Shown: positions 1-10,293 of the stretch, piece by piece
Layout of the letters: each line of letters starts with the position of its first letter
How positions within the stretch are numbered: position 1 is the first letter of the stretch
From: Klebsiella pneumoniae
Lineage (GTDB): Bacteria; Pseudomonadota; Gammaproteobacteria; Eutrophobiales; Eutrophobiaceae
Assembly (NCBI GenBank): GCA_945878555.1
Contig: CAMDWI010000007.1
Span: forward strand, 67,698 to 131,697
DNA length: 64,000 nt
Direction: 5' to 3'
Notes under the pieces: generated by a model
What the model saw: only the letters and a program-made list of their open reading frames with translations
The model's database searches: none
What the model was told of the DNA's origin: nothing
Position numbers and translations under genes: made by a program

Positions 1-142
1 TCGCCGTGTCCTTGTTGAGCCCGTGTATTTCGCCCCACTTTAATGGCAGATATTCGGTCCAGAAATAGTTATCGAAATGCAGGTCCAGCAGGGTGCCATC
101 CATATCCAGCAAGACGGTATCGATTTGATTCCATATAATCAC
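1..142 (-). CDS. yrfG: GMP/IMP nucleotidase, HAD family (N-terminal part; runs off window)
   Basis: Manual minus-strand translation from GTG at 142: VIIWNQIDTVLLDMDGTLLDLHFDNYFW, i.e. HAD motif I DMDGT plus the YrfG-type DLHFDNYFW; not in ORF track. Confidence 0.85.
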   Translation of the reverse strand, partial: MIIWNQIDTVLLDMDGTLLDLHFDNYFWTEYLPLKWGEIHGLNKDTA

Positions 143-179
143 AATAGCAGCCACCCATTCATTGCCAGGACTCGTTGTT

Positions 180-1010
180 ATGGACAGTAATTTGCTTTCC
201 GGTCGTACACCGGCACATCTGTTGCCGGAAATCATCGGTATTGCCCGCGAGGCTTCCGCCGCCATACTCGAGGTTTATAACTCGGATTTTGCCTTTACCG
301 ACAAGGACGACCTGAGTCCGTTGACGGCTGCCGATATCGCCGCGCATAACACCATTTGCGCAGGGCTGGAAACACTGACACCCGGTATGCCCATTCTATC
401 AGAAGAGTCTGTCAGTTTGCCGTGGGCGGAGCGAAAAACCTGGAACACCTACTGGCTGGTCGACCCGCTGGACGGCACCCGCGAATTCATCAAACGTAAC
501 GGAGAGTTTACCGTCAATATTGCCCTGATTCATGAGCACAATCCGGTACTTGGAGTAGTGTATGTACCGGTGGATCACAGCTGTTATTTTGCCAGCATAG
601 ATCATGGTGCATGGAAGATGGACAATAATACAGCTATCTGCCGTATCCATACCCGCGCAACCGGCAGTGAACACATTATCGTTGCCGGCAGTCGCTCGCA
701 TGGCAGTGAACTGCAAAAACGGTTTTTTGAATCGCTGGGCCCGGCGACCGAAACGGTCATTATTGGCAGCTCACTGAAATTCTGCCTGCTCGCTGAAGGC
801 AAGATTGATATTTACCCACGCTTCGGACCAACCTCGGAATGGGACAGTGCCGCCGCCCATTGTGTAGTTGAGCAGGCTGGTGGCCGCGTGACAGACATGA
901 AGTTACAAACACTGCGTTATAATACGAAGGAATCCATCCTCAATCCGGATTTTCTGGTGATGGCTGACCCGCACTTTGACTGGCAGTCCCGTATCGAAAA
1001 ACTGTTATGA
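180..1010 (+). CDS. cysQ: 3'(2'),5'-bisphosphate nucleotidase CysQ
   Basis: Motifs SPLTAAD, LSEE, WLVDPLDGTREF, GSSLK, WDSAA; start uncertain (ATG 180 vs TTG 162). Confidence 0.93.
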   Translation: MDSNLLSGRTPAHLLPEIIGIAREASAAILEVYNSDFAFTDKDDLSPLTAADIAAHNTICAGLETLTPGMPILSEESVSLPWAERKTWNTYWLVDPLDGTREFIKRNGEFTVNIALIHEHNPVLGVVYVPVDHSCYFASIDHGAWKMDNNTAICRIHTRATGSEHIIVAGSRSHGSELQKRFFESLGPATETVIIGSSLKFCLLAEGKIDIYPRFGPTSEWDSAAAHCVVEQAGGRVTDMKLQTLRYNTKESILNPDFLVMADPHFDWQSRIEKLL

Positions 1011-1369
1011 GCTTGTCACCTGTGATGAACCCGTTGCCGATTACCATCCTGTTACTGACTATCAGCAATGTCTTCATGACGTTTGCCTGGTACGCCCATC
1101 TGAAAGAACTGAATAACAAGCCCTGGATCATCGCCGCACTGATCAGCTGGGGTATCGCCCTGCTTGAATACCTGTTCCAGGTACCGGCGAACCGGATTGG
1201 GTATACCGTACTTGGTGTGGGCCAGCTGAAACTGCTGCAAGAAGTAATCACGCTGAGCGTGTTTGTGCCGTTTGCCTATTTTTACCTGAAAGAACCACTA
1301 AAACTGGATTATCTGTGGGCAGCCTTGTGTATCCTTGGCGCAGTTTTCTTCGTGTTCCGGAGCAAATGA
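1007..1369 (+). CDS. DMT family small membrane protein (DUF486-like)
   Basis: SNVFMTFAWYAHLK, SWGIALLEY.FQVPANRIG, QEVITL motifs; four hydrophobic segments; overlaps cysQ stop. Confidence 0.85.
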   Translation: MSLSPVMNPLPITILLLTISNVFMTFAWYAHLKELNNKPWIIAALISWGIALLEYLFQVPANRIGYTVLGVGQLKLLQEVITLSVFVPFAYFYLKEPLKLDYLWAALCILGAVFFVFRSK

Positions 1370-1384
1370 TTTCGACAACAGGTG

Positions 1385-1987
1385 TTATTGCACGATATGT
1401 TCTTTTCCACATCCGGGAAAGTTTGAAATAAAATAATCCAGGCCATGCAGATGGATCTGGCTCTGATACATGCCGCGGTAATTCCTGACCAGACTGACGC
1501 CATCAATAACGAGGTCTACTACCTTCCAGCTATCGCCGGACTCCTCCATGGCATAATCAACAGGTAACGGAGCGCCACCGGCACGACTGATAATTTGCCT
1601 GACCTGGCGGTATCCCAGTTCACCTATCTCGCGAGAAGGTTCATAGCTGATACTGTGGTTATCGTAACTGAGCAGGATATAGGCATATCGTTCGACCAGC
1701 AGGTTACGGTAGCCTTCAATAAAGCAAGCCTGTGCATCTGCATCCAGGTCTTCCCAGTAGGTTCCCAGTACCAGTTGCCCCATCCGGTCAAAATCAAAAT
1801 GCGGGATCAGCATACCGTTGACCAGTTGCTGTATCACCTGGGGTTCCTTTTTTAACCTGTCCCGGTTCTGGTTAAGCTGATCCAGTATCGCGCTGGTGGT
1901 CGACCTGACCACATCCTCATCCGTTGCCGCCTGTGAGCACGGTGCCACTACCAGCAGTAACACCAGCGCCAGCGTATACAATTTCAT
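1385..1987 (-). CDS. MlaC/Ttg2D-family periplasmic phospholipid-binding protein
   Basis: Signal peptide; PHFDFDRMGQLVLG and WKVVDLVIDGVSLVRNYR motifs; AGGAG upstream of ATG 1987. Confidence 0.85.
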   Translation of the reverse strand: MKLYTLALVLLLVVAPCSQAATDEDVVRSTTSAILDQLNQNRDRLKKEPQVIQQLVNGMLIPHFDFDRMGQLVLGTYWEDLDADAQACFIEGYRNLLVERYAYILLSYDNHSISYEPSREIGELGYRQVRQIISRAGGAPLPVDYAMEESGDSWKVVDLVIDGVSLVRNYRGMYQSQIHLHGLDYFISNFPGCGKEHIVQ

Positions 1988-2122
1988 CTGTAAGCTCCTG
2001 TTTAATATCATGTTCTATTATCCCTGTAATTCCAGGCAACACAGTTTGATCAAGATCAAGAATATTTTTTATCCCTGGATGATAGTATATTCTACGCCTA
2101 TCAAACATACAGGTATCAACTC

Positions 2123-2575
2123 ATGGCACACTACAAACGTTTGCTCGTTGCAGTAGATTTCTCAGACCAGTCCGTACGCGCCCTGCAGACCGCCCGTGAC
2201 CTCGGGAAACGCCTGAATGCCTCGCTTGAAATTGTACACTTCGTACCCATCCGTATTATCGGTATTGATATGGAGGGGATGGAAGCCGAGGCAAGTTATA
2301 TCGAGGAACTGCACAAGAGCGATCTGGAAGAGGCACGCCCGAAGCTGGATGCCTTTGTAAAACAGCATACAGCCACGGATGATGATGTAACACATCATCT
2401 GTATTCGGGGGAGGCCTCGGTCGAGATCAATAACAAGGCGAAGGAAACCGGTGCCGATATGATCATCATCGGTACACATGGCCGCTCCGGTCTGAAACAT
2501 ATCCTGCTTGGCAGTGTGGCCGAAAGCGTGCTGCGTACTGCCGACCTGCCTGTCCTGTGTGTACGTAGCGTCTGA
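2123..2575 (+). CDS. Universal stress protein (UspA family)
   Basis: LLVAVDFS start; IIIGTHGRSG...LLGSVAESVLR motif. Confidence 0.92.
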   Translation: MAHYKRLLVAVDFSDQSVRALQTARDLGKRLNASLEIVHFVPIRIIGIDMEGMEAEASYIEELHKSDLEEARPKLDAFVKQHTATDDDVTHHLYSGEASVEINNKAKETGADMIIIGTHGRSGLKHILLGSVAESVLRTADLPVLCVRSV

Positions 2576-2676
2576 TCACCCTGCACATAACCGGCGATTC
2601 AACTGCCAGTCCGGAACCGGCATCCGGTTTATACTGTCTATCTGATCACTTACATTAATACAGGTAACCCGGCACC

Positions 2677-3693
2677 ATGACCTCATTTGACCCCGACAAC
2701 GGCCCCCGTTCCAGCCTGACAACAAAACTGGGACTGATCACCATCTCGGTATTGCTGCTGGTGATGTGTGTGCTGATGTTTTACTGGGGCCGTGAACCGG
2801 GTCCGTTTGAACCGGGCGAGGCTGCACGGGCCATGAGCGGTCAGACCAGCGAACCGGTCAAGGGTTATGTCACCACAGCGACGCTGATCCGGGTGGCAGA
2901 GACCTTGCTGGACAAGCCCGGAGGTTACCTCAGCAACGATATCGCCCCACCCGGCCTGTTTATGGATAACCTGCCCAACTGGGAGTTTGGTGTCGTCACC
3001 CAGATACGCGATCTGGCCCGCGCACTACGCAATGACTTCAGCCGATCGCAGACCCAGTCAACAGAGGATCAGGACCTGTCGTTTGCTGATCCTTACTTTC
3101 ATTACGATACCGATTCCTGGATTTTTCCCTCCACCGAGAGTGAATACCGCAACGGTATCAGTTCATTGCGCAGTTATTTGTCACGCCTGGCGAACGAGCG
3201 CGAGCCGGACGCCCAGTTTTATGCCCGTGCCGACAATCTGCGCGACTGGTTGTCGATAGTCGAAAAGCGCCTCGGCAGCCTGTCACAACGTTTGTCAGCC
3301 AGCGTTGGTCAGCCACGTATCAATATCGATCTGCAGGGCGACCCGATGGCTGCACAATCGTCTGACCGCGGTGCGGAGATTATGGTAATGACACCCTGGC
3401 TGGAGCTGGACGATGTATTTTACGAGGCCCGTGGTTCCACCTGGGCACTGATCCATTTTCTACGCGCAATTGAAATTGATCTGAATGACGTACTGGAAGA
3501 CAAGAATGCGCTGGTCAGCCTGCGCCAGATCATTCGTGAACTGGAAGGCACACAGGAACCGATGTGGAGTCCGATTATCATGAACGGCACCGGCTTTGGC
3601 ATCTTCGCCAACCATTCACTGGTAATGGCCTCATACATCTCGCGTGCGAACGCTGCGATTATCGACCTGCGCAGCCTGCTGTCACAGGGGTAA
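2677..3693 (+). CDS. DUF2333 family protein
   Basis: N-terminal TM; LLDKPGGYLSND, DNLPNWEFG, DFSRSQTQS, FANHSLVMASYISRANAA motifs. Confidence 0.85.
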   Translation: MTSFDPDNGPRSSLTTKLGLITISVLLLVMCVLMFYWGREPGPFEPGEAARAMSGQTSEPVKGYVTTATLIRVAETLLDKPGGYLSNDIAPPGLFMDNLPNWEFGVVTQIRDLARALRNDFSRSQTQSTEDQDLSFADPYFHYDTDSWIFPSTESEYRNGISSLRSYLSRLANEREPDAQFYARADNLRDWLSIVEKRLGSLSQRLSASVGQPRINIDLQGDPMAAQSSDRGAEIMVMTPWLELDDVFYEARGSTWALIHFLRAIEIDLNDVLEDKNALVSLRQIIRELEGTQEPMWSPIIMNGTGFGIFANHSLVMASYISRANAAIIDLRSLLSQG

Positions 3694-3694
3694 G

Positions 3695-5452
3695 CTAACT
3701 GAACACTGCTTCCCGGTTTGAATAAAGCCGGGAATACGGCCCGTTGTTCTTGATTAATTCGGCGTGACTGCCAGACTCTACTATTCTGCCATTCGCCAAC
3801 ACAATAATCCGATCGGCTGATTCGATAGTGGTCAGCCGGTGGGCGATAATGATGCAGGTATGACGGTGACGGATCTCCTCCAGTGCCTGCTGGATGTTCC
3901 GCTCCGATTCAGCATCAAGTGCCGAGGTTGCCTCATCAAGCAACAGAACCGGGGCATTCTTTAACAAGGCACGGGCCAGCGCTATACGCTGGCGCTGACC
4001 GCCGGACAGGCGGGCACCATTCTCACCCAGCATGGTCTGCATACCATCCGGCAACTTTTCAATAAAATCGAGTGCGTGTGCCGCACGGGCGGCGGTCTGC
4101 ACCTCGGCATCGGACGCGTCCTTCATGCTGCCGTAGGCGATATTGTTCCTGACCGTATCGTTAAACAGCACGATATCCTGACTGACAAGCGCAACACCGC
4201 TGCGCAGTGAGGTGAGCGTGGTGTTGCAGATGTCCTGTCCGTCTATCCGTATGGTGCCGGTGCTGTGCTGGTAGAAACGGGGAATCAGATTTGCCAGCGT
4301 GGTCTTGCCGCTACCGGAGGCCCCGACCAGCGCGATCGTCTCACCCGGCTTGATGTCGAGATTGATGTCGTCCAGTACCACATTGGTACCATCATACGAA
4401 AATCCCAGATGCTCTATCGTGATGGCCCCGGCGCCCACCCCGGCCTGACTGATGCCGGTATCGTGCTCGGCCGGCTCATCCAACAATTCAAACACACTCT
4501 CGCAGGCGGCCAGGCCCTTCTGGATAAACTCGTTCACCTTGACCAGCCGCCGCAACGCATCGAGCATCATGACCAGCGCAGCAAAAAACGACACAAACGT
4601 ACCGACTGTCAATTGCCCGCTTGCCGCCTGGCTACTGGCGTAATAGATGATGACTGCGAGCGCGATGGCCGCGATCAACTGGATTGCCGGTCCGCTGGCG
4701 ACCGAGGCATTTACAAACTTCATCGTGTACTTGCGGTTTGCCTCGGCAACGCGGTTGAACTTGTCAGTCTCGTATTGCTGACCGGCGAACAGCTTGATGA
4801 TGCGGTGTGCACCGATGGACTCGTCGACAATACTGGTCATATCACCCATCGTCTGCTGCACCTGCTTGCTCATCTTGCGCAGTCGACGGCGTATCGTAAT
4901 TGCGATGATCATGATAAACGGACCACCGACCAACGTGATCAAAGTCATCCGCCAGTCCAGATAAAACATCCACACCAGCAGGCCGATTACGACGAACGCA
5001 TCCTTGATCATGACCGTCAGTGCACTGGTCGTCGCCTCCTTGATCTGGGTCACGTCGTAGGTAAATTTTGACACCAGGCTACCGGCGGTACGGGTATCGT
5101 AAAACCGGCTTGGTAATTCCAGCAGGCAGGCGAACATCTGCGCACGGATATCAAGCACGACACTGTTCGCCACCCAGTGCAAAGCGGAACCTGCCACAAT
5201 CATCGCAATTCCGCTGACGATAAACAGCAGGATGAGGTAAAGCGGGATTGAGGTCATCAGATCCGGATCCTTGCCGATAAACGCACCATCGAGCATCGGC
5301 TTTAATATGGCCGCTTTCGCTGCATCGGCCAGTGCCAGCACCAGCATCGCCAGCAGGGAGGCGACCAGCATACCGCGATACGGCACGACATAGCCGAGCA
5401 GACGTCGGTACAGACGCGCGTCCTGCGGTGAGCCAGCTAACAGTTCTATCAT
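3695..5452 (-). CDS. msbA: Lipid A export ABC transporter MsbA
   Basis: TM domain plus NBD with GASGSGKT, LSGGQRQR, LLDEATSALD; N-terminal LYRRLLGYV. Confidence 0.85.
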   Translation of the reverse strand: MIELLAGSPQDARLYRRLLGYVVPYRGMLVASLLAMLVLALADAAKAAILKPMLDGAFIGKDPDLMTSIPLYLILLFIVSGIAMIVAGSALHWVANSVVLDIRAQMFACLLELPSRFYDTRTAGSLVSKFTYDVTQIKEATTSALTVMIKDAFVVIGLLVWMFYLDWRMTLITLVGGPFIMIIAITIRRRLRKMSKQVQQTMGDMTSIVDESIGAHRIIKLFAGQQYETDKFNRVAEANRKYTMKFVNASVASGPAIQLIAAIALAVIIYYASSQAASGQLTVGTFVSFFAALVMMLDALRRLVKVNEFIQKGLAACESVFELLDEPAEHDTGISQAGVGAGAITIEHLGFSYDGTNVVLDDINLDIKPGETIALVGASGSGKTTLANLIPRFYQHSTGTIRIDGQDICNTTLTSLRSGVALVSQDIVLFNDTVRNNIAYGSMKDASDAEVQTAARAAHALDFIEKLPDGMQTMLGENGARLSGGQRQRIALARALLKNAPVLLLDEATSALDAESERNIQQALEEIRHRHTCIIIAHRLTTIESADRIIVLANGRIVESGSHAELIKNNGPYSRLYSNREAVFS

Positions 5453-5724
5453 TCAGAATATCCGGTTTTTTTTTGTTCCAATCAAGGCAGCGGCATCCTG
5501 TTTTGCCCGTAGTAACCAGGATAGCGACATTATAATGGCTGGGGTGGTGCGCCCGCTGCGAATTACTCGGCCGGGGGCTGGGCTCCTTCAGCTGCCTTTA
5601 AGCATAATAACGATGATATGATATTATCATTTATAAATCATACTGTCCGTCGCGGCAGTGAATGGCAACTGGCCATGATTCCCGACCCTGTTCAGGAACT
5701 GTTTTCAATCAGGAAGAACCAGAC

Positions 5725-6594
5725 ATGTCTAAAGCACACCCTATCGTAGCCGTCACCGGTTCGTCCGGCGCAGGCACCTCCAATGTCCGGCTCGCGTTTG
5801 AGCAGATTTTCCGCCGCCTCGGTATCACCCCGGCAGTCATTGAAGGCGACAGCTTTCACCGCTACGACCGCCACCAGATGGAAATCGAGCGTGGCAAGGC
5901 CGCCTTGCTTGGCAAACAAATCACCCATTTTGGTCCCGAGGGTAACCTGTTTGAGGAGCTGGAAGGCCTGTTTCGCCAATATGCCGAAAATGGTACTGGC
6001 AGACGCCGCTATTACGTGCATAACGAAGTCAGCGCGGTCTACCATAATTCCCCGCCCGGCACATTGACTCAGTGGGAAGCGCTCCCGGAACCGACCGACC
6101 TGTTGTTTTACGAAGGACTGCACGGCGGACTGCTAACAGAAACAGTCAACGTGACCCGGTATGTCGACCTGCTGATTGGCGTGGTACCGATCATCAATCT
6201 TGAATGGATGCAGAAGATTCACCGTGACCAGGAAGTACGCGGCTACACCGCCGAGAGCGCCACCCGCATGATCCTGGACCGCATGCACGACTACGTACAC
6301 TACATCACCCCGCAATTCTCACGCACCGACATCAACTTTCAGCGCATCCCGCTTGTCGACACCTCGAACCCGTTTGCCACCGAACGTGTTCCGACCAATG
6401 ACGAAAGCTTTTCTGTAATCCATGTCCGCAACCCGGAAAAATTGAACGTCGACTTTCGTTACCTGCTGGAGATGCTGGTCGGCTCATTCATGTCGACCCC
6501 GGACACGATCGTCGTCCCGGCCGGCAAACAAATCTTTGCAATGCAGTTGATCATTAATCCGGTGATATCGAGAATGCTGAAGGCGAGGGAGTGA
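5725..6594 (+). CDS. prkB: Phosphoribulokinase (proteobacterial PrkB/CbbP type)
   Basis: MSKAHPIVAVTGSSGAGT, EGDSFHRYDR, LFYEGLHG, PQFSRTDINFQR; ATG 5725 with AGGA upstream. Confidence 0.9.
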   Translation: MSKAHPIVAVTGSSGAGTSNVRLAFEQIFRRLGITPAVIEGDSFHRYDRHQMEIERGKAALLGKQITHFGPEGNLFEELEGLFRQYAENGTGRRRYYVHNEVSAVYHNSPPGTLTQWEALPEPTDLLFYEGLHGGLLTETVNVTRYVDLLIGVVPIINLEWMQKIHRDQEVRGYTAESATRMILDRMHDYVHYITPQFSRTDINFQRIPLVDTSNPFATERVPTNDESFSVIHVRNPEKLNVDFRYLLEMLVGSFMSTPDTIVVPAGKQIFAMQLIINPVISRMLKARE

Positions 6595-6986
6595 ATCATC
6601 AACATGCCACTTTCTATCACAATCTAAACCTGATTTCGGGTGTCATCTACGGTTATCGGGTGCCAGCGATCGAAAATCCATTAACCTTCAGGTCAATATC
6701 TTGACAAGATGGTATCTGAACGCGTGAAAGGCCAAACATGTGAAAAAATATTACGGGTTAGGTAAGAGGAGCATGCATCCATGAACGCGAATTTGATTTG
6801 AAACATGGCGGAAGTTACGCTCATGGACACTCTGCCTTTTCCAGAAGTAATTGGAAATTAGATCAAGGAGAGGGCCCAGGTCGATTAGGTATCCCTTACT
6901 TTTCCTTCTACAGAGCAGACGGCGGGGTCGTATTCACACCATTAGCCCTTGAAGGATTACCCGCTGTAACAGCTGACTATAATGAC

Positions 6987-7023
6987 GGGTCGGAGACGAA
7001 TGAGATTCACTTGTCTCCGACCC
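6987..7023 (-). terminator. Inverted repeat just downstream of TonB receptor gene (possible terminator/stabilising hairpin)
   Basis: GGGTCGGAGAC...GTCTCCGACCC stem; no clear U-tract. Confidence 0.4.
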
Positions 7024-7050
7024 TACCCTCTACCTTTAGACGTCTTCTGG

Positions 7051-10000
7051 CTATTTAAAGAAATACTGGAATCGCACACCATAGCCCCGGAAGCTGGCCT
7101 TGCTGATGCCCCTGTCATCAGTAAAGACTATACCTGCACGGGTCAAGTCGTATTCCTGGTTGTAAACGATACGGTCTTCCATCAGGTTTCGGACATAGGC
7201 TGCAAACTGCCAGGTACCCTCCTGAGGCCCAAATCCTGCCATCAGGTTGGCATCCCAATGGCCGGCATTATACATGCGCGACCTGTCCATGACGTCCGCC
7301 AGTACTGTCTTTTCGTCCTCGATATAACCCTGTGCGTTCAGCATCAACTCATAATCATCCATGATTGGCATGGTATAGGTGGCGCCTAGCACAATCTTGT
7401 AGTCCGGTGCGAAGGCCGGCTCCAGACCAGCGCGGTTGAATGTGAACTCTTCACCAATGGATGAATCACCAGCAGCAAACTCGGCTGTGTCTGCAAGACG
7501 GCAACCACCATTCGCCAGCAATTCCTCGGGTATTTCCGAGGCAGATGGCAAGGTATCCGCCAGCTCAGCCATATTGTCCAGTACGTCATTGGCATTAGCA
7601 AGTTCAGCCGCTGTCCGTCCCGCCGGGTTCTCCAGCGCAACGATTGAAGCCGCAACAATCTCGGAGTTGGTACACCCTGTACCATCAAACTCACCATACC
7701 TGGCATTCATGAGCGAACCTGCGAAATTGAACACCAGCCTGTCTGTTACAGCCATGTCAAAGTTCAGTTCCATACCATCCACCTTGACACTGCCTGCATT
7801 CAGGCTGAGTCCTTGCTGATCAATGACATCATTCGGGTCAAAATCAGACACGGCGGCCTCGGCCTGCAGGTCAGTAAACCGGGTCATATGACCTGTAATA
7901 CTGTAACGTGCGCGTCCATCCACCAGACTACCTCTGGCCCCAAGTTCATAAGACTTGGAATACTCCGGGGTAAAGTAGATTTCATCAATGCTGGTCGGGA
8001 GTGTCGATGTGCCGGTATCCGTTACAGGCCCCTTGAAACCTTCGGCATATTTACCATAGAAGGTATGATTGCTGTCAAATCTGCCACCTTTAGGTGTAAA
8101 GCTGAGAACAACCTGGGATGCATAATCGGTCGCGCCCTGGTCGATATCATCAACACATGTATCACAACTCCCAAACGGACCACCGGCGTTTGTATAGACC
8201 GGCGCTGTCAGACCAACAGCCGAGGCCCCGGCCCCTCTCCAGTTGAGCGGTACCGGAGTTCGCACGTTCCACTGCAGATGGGTCCACAGATTATTCGTGT
8301 TGGCGCCCTCGATGAATATCCTCGGACTATCAACTCGAATCTGACGCTGTAACCGTTGCGTAGCGCTACCTGTGGTGGCACCCTTACCAGTCACCGGATC
8401 AACAATGGTGAACGCGGTCAGATTCGTATGTACCCGCTTGAAGTCCGGGTCAATTGTACAGGTTGCCGGGTCTGAGTCAGTCCCGTTCGAATCACAGGGT
8501 ATCTGATCAAATATCAATGCAGCGCCATAACCTTGCAGGAAGACATCCTTGTGGACATCGGAGTAACGCCCACCAAACTGCAAAGAAACCTGTTCATCCA
8601 TAAATTTCAGGTCCATACCCCAGAAAGCGGACTTGAAATCAGCGTCTTCCCAGATAAAGTTCATACGCTGACCCCGACGCAGGATTGCCCTGATATTGCT
8701 GACCATGACGTCCTTGTCCCATTGCTGGTAGTAGGCGCCTGCCATGAAATTCATGTTTATGCCGCCGACATTATAACCATCAGCCGGACCTTCCAGTCGG
8801 AGCTGCTGACTATGCTGGTCCATATTGGTTCGGCGGAACTGGTTGCTATCGGCAAAGATACCATCACCACTGTCGGCATTGGCATCTCGTTGAAACTTCA
8901 CGAAGGCCGATTGCGAATTTATGGTCCAGCCATTGGCAAACTCATATGTTGCATCAATGAGGGTATGATAGGAATCCACGTCATCGTGGCCGTTATAGCC
9001 CTTGCCGTCGAGACCGTCTATACCCATTACGCCAATCTCTTCCACGTTATCAACGGAATGAAACGCATTCATTACCGCCCCGGCATCCACATATCCATCA
9101 AATACTGAACTGAGGCCACTCTTGGCGATATTGGTTATAATCGGTTTGGTCCAGGGGCCGTTACGGCTGATCCCGTATTCATCCTCAAAGCAGTCCTTGC
9201 CCGTGTATTTCGGGTCAAATTGAACGATTCCGAGCTGACCGCTATTCGAGAGTCCGCCCGCGCTGGCAGGTACGTAGACAGCAGTCTGCTGGCCCGCATC
9301 CGGTGACCCGGGCGTAACGCCGTTAATAGTCGCATCGGACCATCCACGCACACTGCCTTCTGCGATACAACCCGAGCCTAACTCGCCACCATTGCGCTGG
9401 CGGTTGATCTCGAACTTGGTCAGGATATTCCAGCTTTCATTTGGTTGCCACTCAAGCATGGCTCGACCACCGAGTGAATCAAACCGGGGAAACTTCGAAT
9501 CGGTCAGACGGTGTTTTAAAAGACCATCCAGCTTGTCATAACTGGCAGCTACACGGAATCCCAGGGTGTCCGTTATGGGGCCACTAAACATTCCGAACAA
9601 TTCACGTTTACCGTCGTTACCAAACTCACTGGCTACCTCACCCTCGAATTCTGCTGTGGGTCTTTTGCTGGCGATGTTAAATGCACCGGCACTGGCATCC
9701 ATACCAAAATGCAAAGGCTGCGGTCCCATCAGGACCTCGACACGATCAGTATCCATAAAAGCATTTTTGACCATTTCGAGTGAGCCGAAATGTATGCCAT
9801 CAACGAATATCGGGGTGGCAGACTGCAGTGTCATAGAATTGCCTGAAGTACCGAAACCACGAATGGTGGTATTTTGCCCGGAGGTTCCGTCCGACATATG
9901 GACAGATGCTGACATTCTTGCCAGATCGTCCAGATTTTTAAACCCCTGTAATTCGATCTGTTCCCCACTAAAAACAGCGACAGATACCGGCACTTCCTGC

Positions 10001-10140
10001 AAGGACTGTTCGCGGCGCTGAGCTGTAACTACAATCTCCTCCAGTTCCTGTGCATATATATTGATGGAGACGACAGTTGATGCAGCTAGCGTCGCAATTA
10101 CTATCGAATTAAGACTCGATTGTTTACTCTTTACAGCCAT
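7051..10140 (-). CDS. TonB-dependent receptor (large, Cys-rich loops)
   Basis: Signal peptide, LEEIVVTAQRREQSLQEVP TonB-box/plug, RVEVLMGPQ, C-terminal YGVRFQYFFK. Confidence 0.92.
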   Translation of the reverse strand: MAVKSKQSSLNSIVIATLAASTVVSINIYAQELEEIVVTAQRREQSLQEVPVSVAVFSGEQIELQGFKNLDDLARMSASVHMSDGTSGQNTTIRGFGTSGNSMTLQSATPIFVDGIHFGSLEMVKNAFMDTDRVEVLMGPQPLHFGMDASAGAFNIASKRPTAEFEGEVASEFGNDGKRELFGMFSGPITDTLGFRVAASYDKLDGLLKHRLTDSKFPRFDSLGGRAMLEWQPNESWNILTKFEINRQRNGGELGSGCIAEGSVRGWSDATINGVTPGSPDAGQQTAVYVPASAGGLSNSGQLGIVQFDPKYTGKDCFEDEYGISRNGPWTKPIITNIAKSGLSSVFDGYVDAGAVMNAFHSVDNVEEIGVMGIDGLDGKGYNGHDDVDSYHTLIDATYEFANGWTINSQSAFVKFQRDANADSGDGIFADSNQFRRTNMDQHSQQLRLEGPADGYNVGGINMNFMAGAYYQQWDKDVMVSNIRAILRRGQRMNFIWEDADFKSAFWGMDLKFMDEQVSLQFGGRYSDVHKDVFLQGYGAALIFDQIPCDSNGTDSDPATCTIDPDFKRVHTNLTAFTIVDPVTGKGATTGSATQRLQRQIRVDSPRIFIEGANTNNLWTHLQWNVRTPVPLNWRGAGASAVGLTAPVYTNAGGPFGSCDTCVDDIDQGATDYASQVVLSFTPKGGRFDSNHTFYGKYAEGFKGPVTDTGTSTLPTSIDEIYFTPEYSKSYELGARGSLVDGRARYSITGHMTRFTDLQAEAAVSDFDPNDVIDQQGLSLNAGSVKVDGMELNFDMAVTDRLVFNFAGSLMNARYGEFDGTGCTNSEIVAASIVALENPAGRTAAELANANDVLDNMAELADTLPSASEIPEELLANGGCRLADTAEFAAGDSSIGEEFTFNRAGLEPAFAPDYKIVLGATYTMPIMDDYELMLNAQGYIEDEKTVLADVMDRSRMYNAGHWDANLMAGFGPQEGTWQFAAYVRNLMEDRIVYNQEYDLTRAGIVFTDDRGISKASFRGYGVRFQYFFK

Positions 10141-10293
10141 GGGACCCCCCCCTGTAAGCTCTATGAGATTACTTGTTAGTGAATTTTTATTGTTTGTTTA
10201 TTTATAGTCGCCTTAAACTTATTAACAATCTTGTTGTTATTATTGATTACTAGCCGTAATGCGGCTACTCACTCATTTTTATTTTTGCGCAGG

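Noticed and set aside
4265-5071. 268-aa ORF on + strand
   Set aside because: Antisense shadow of msbA; no recognisable protein features
6798-7058. 86-aa ORF in the prkB-receptor gap
   Set aside because: TTG start, no clear RBS or motif, runs through a hairpin and overlaps the receptor stop
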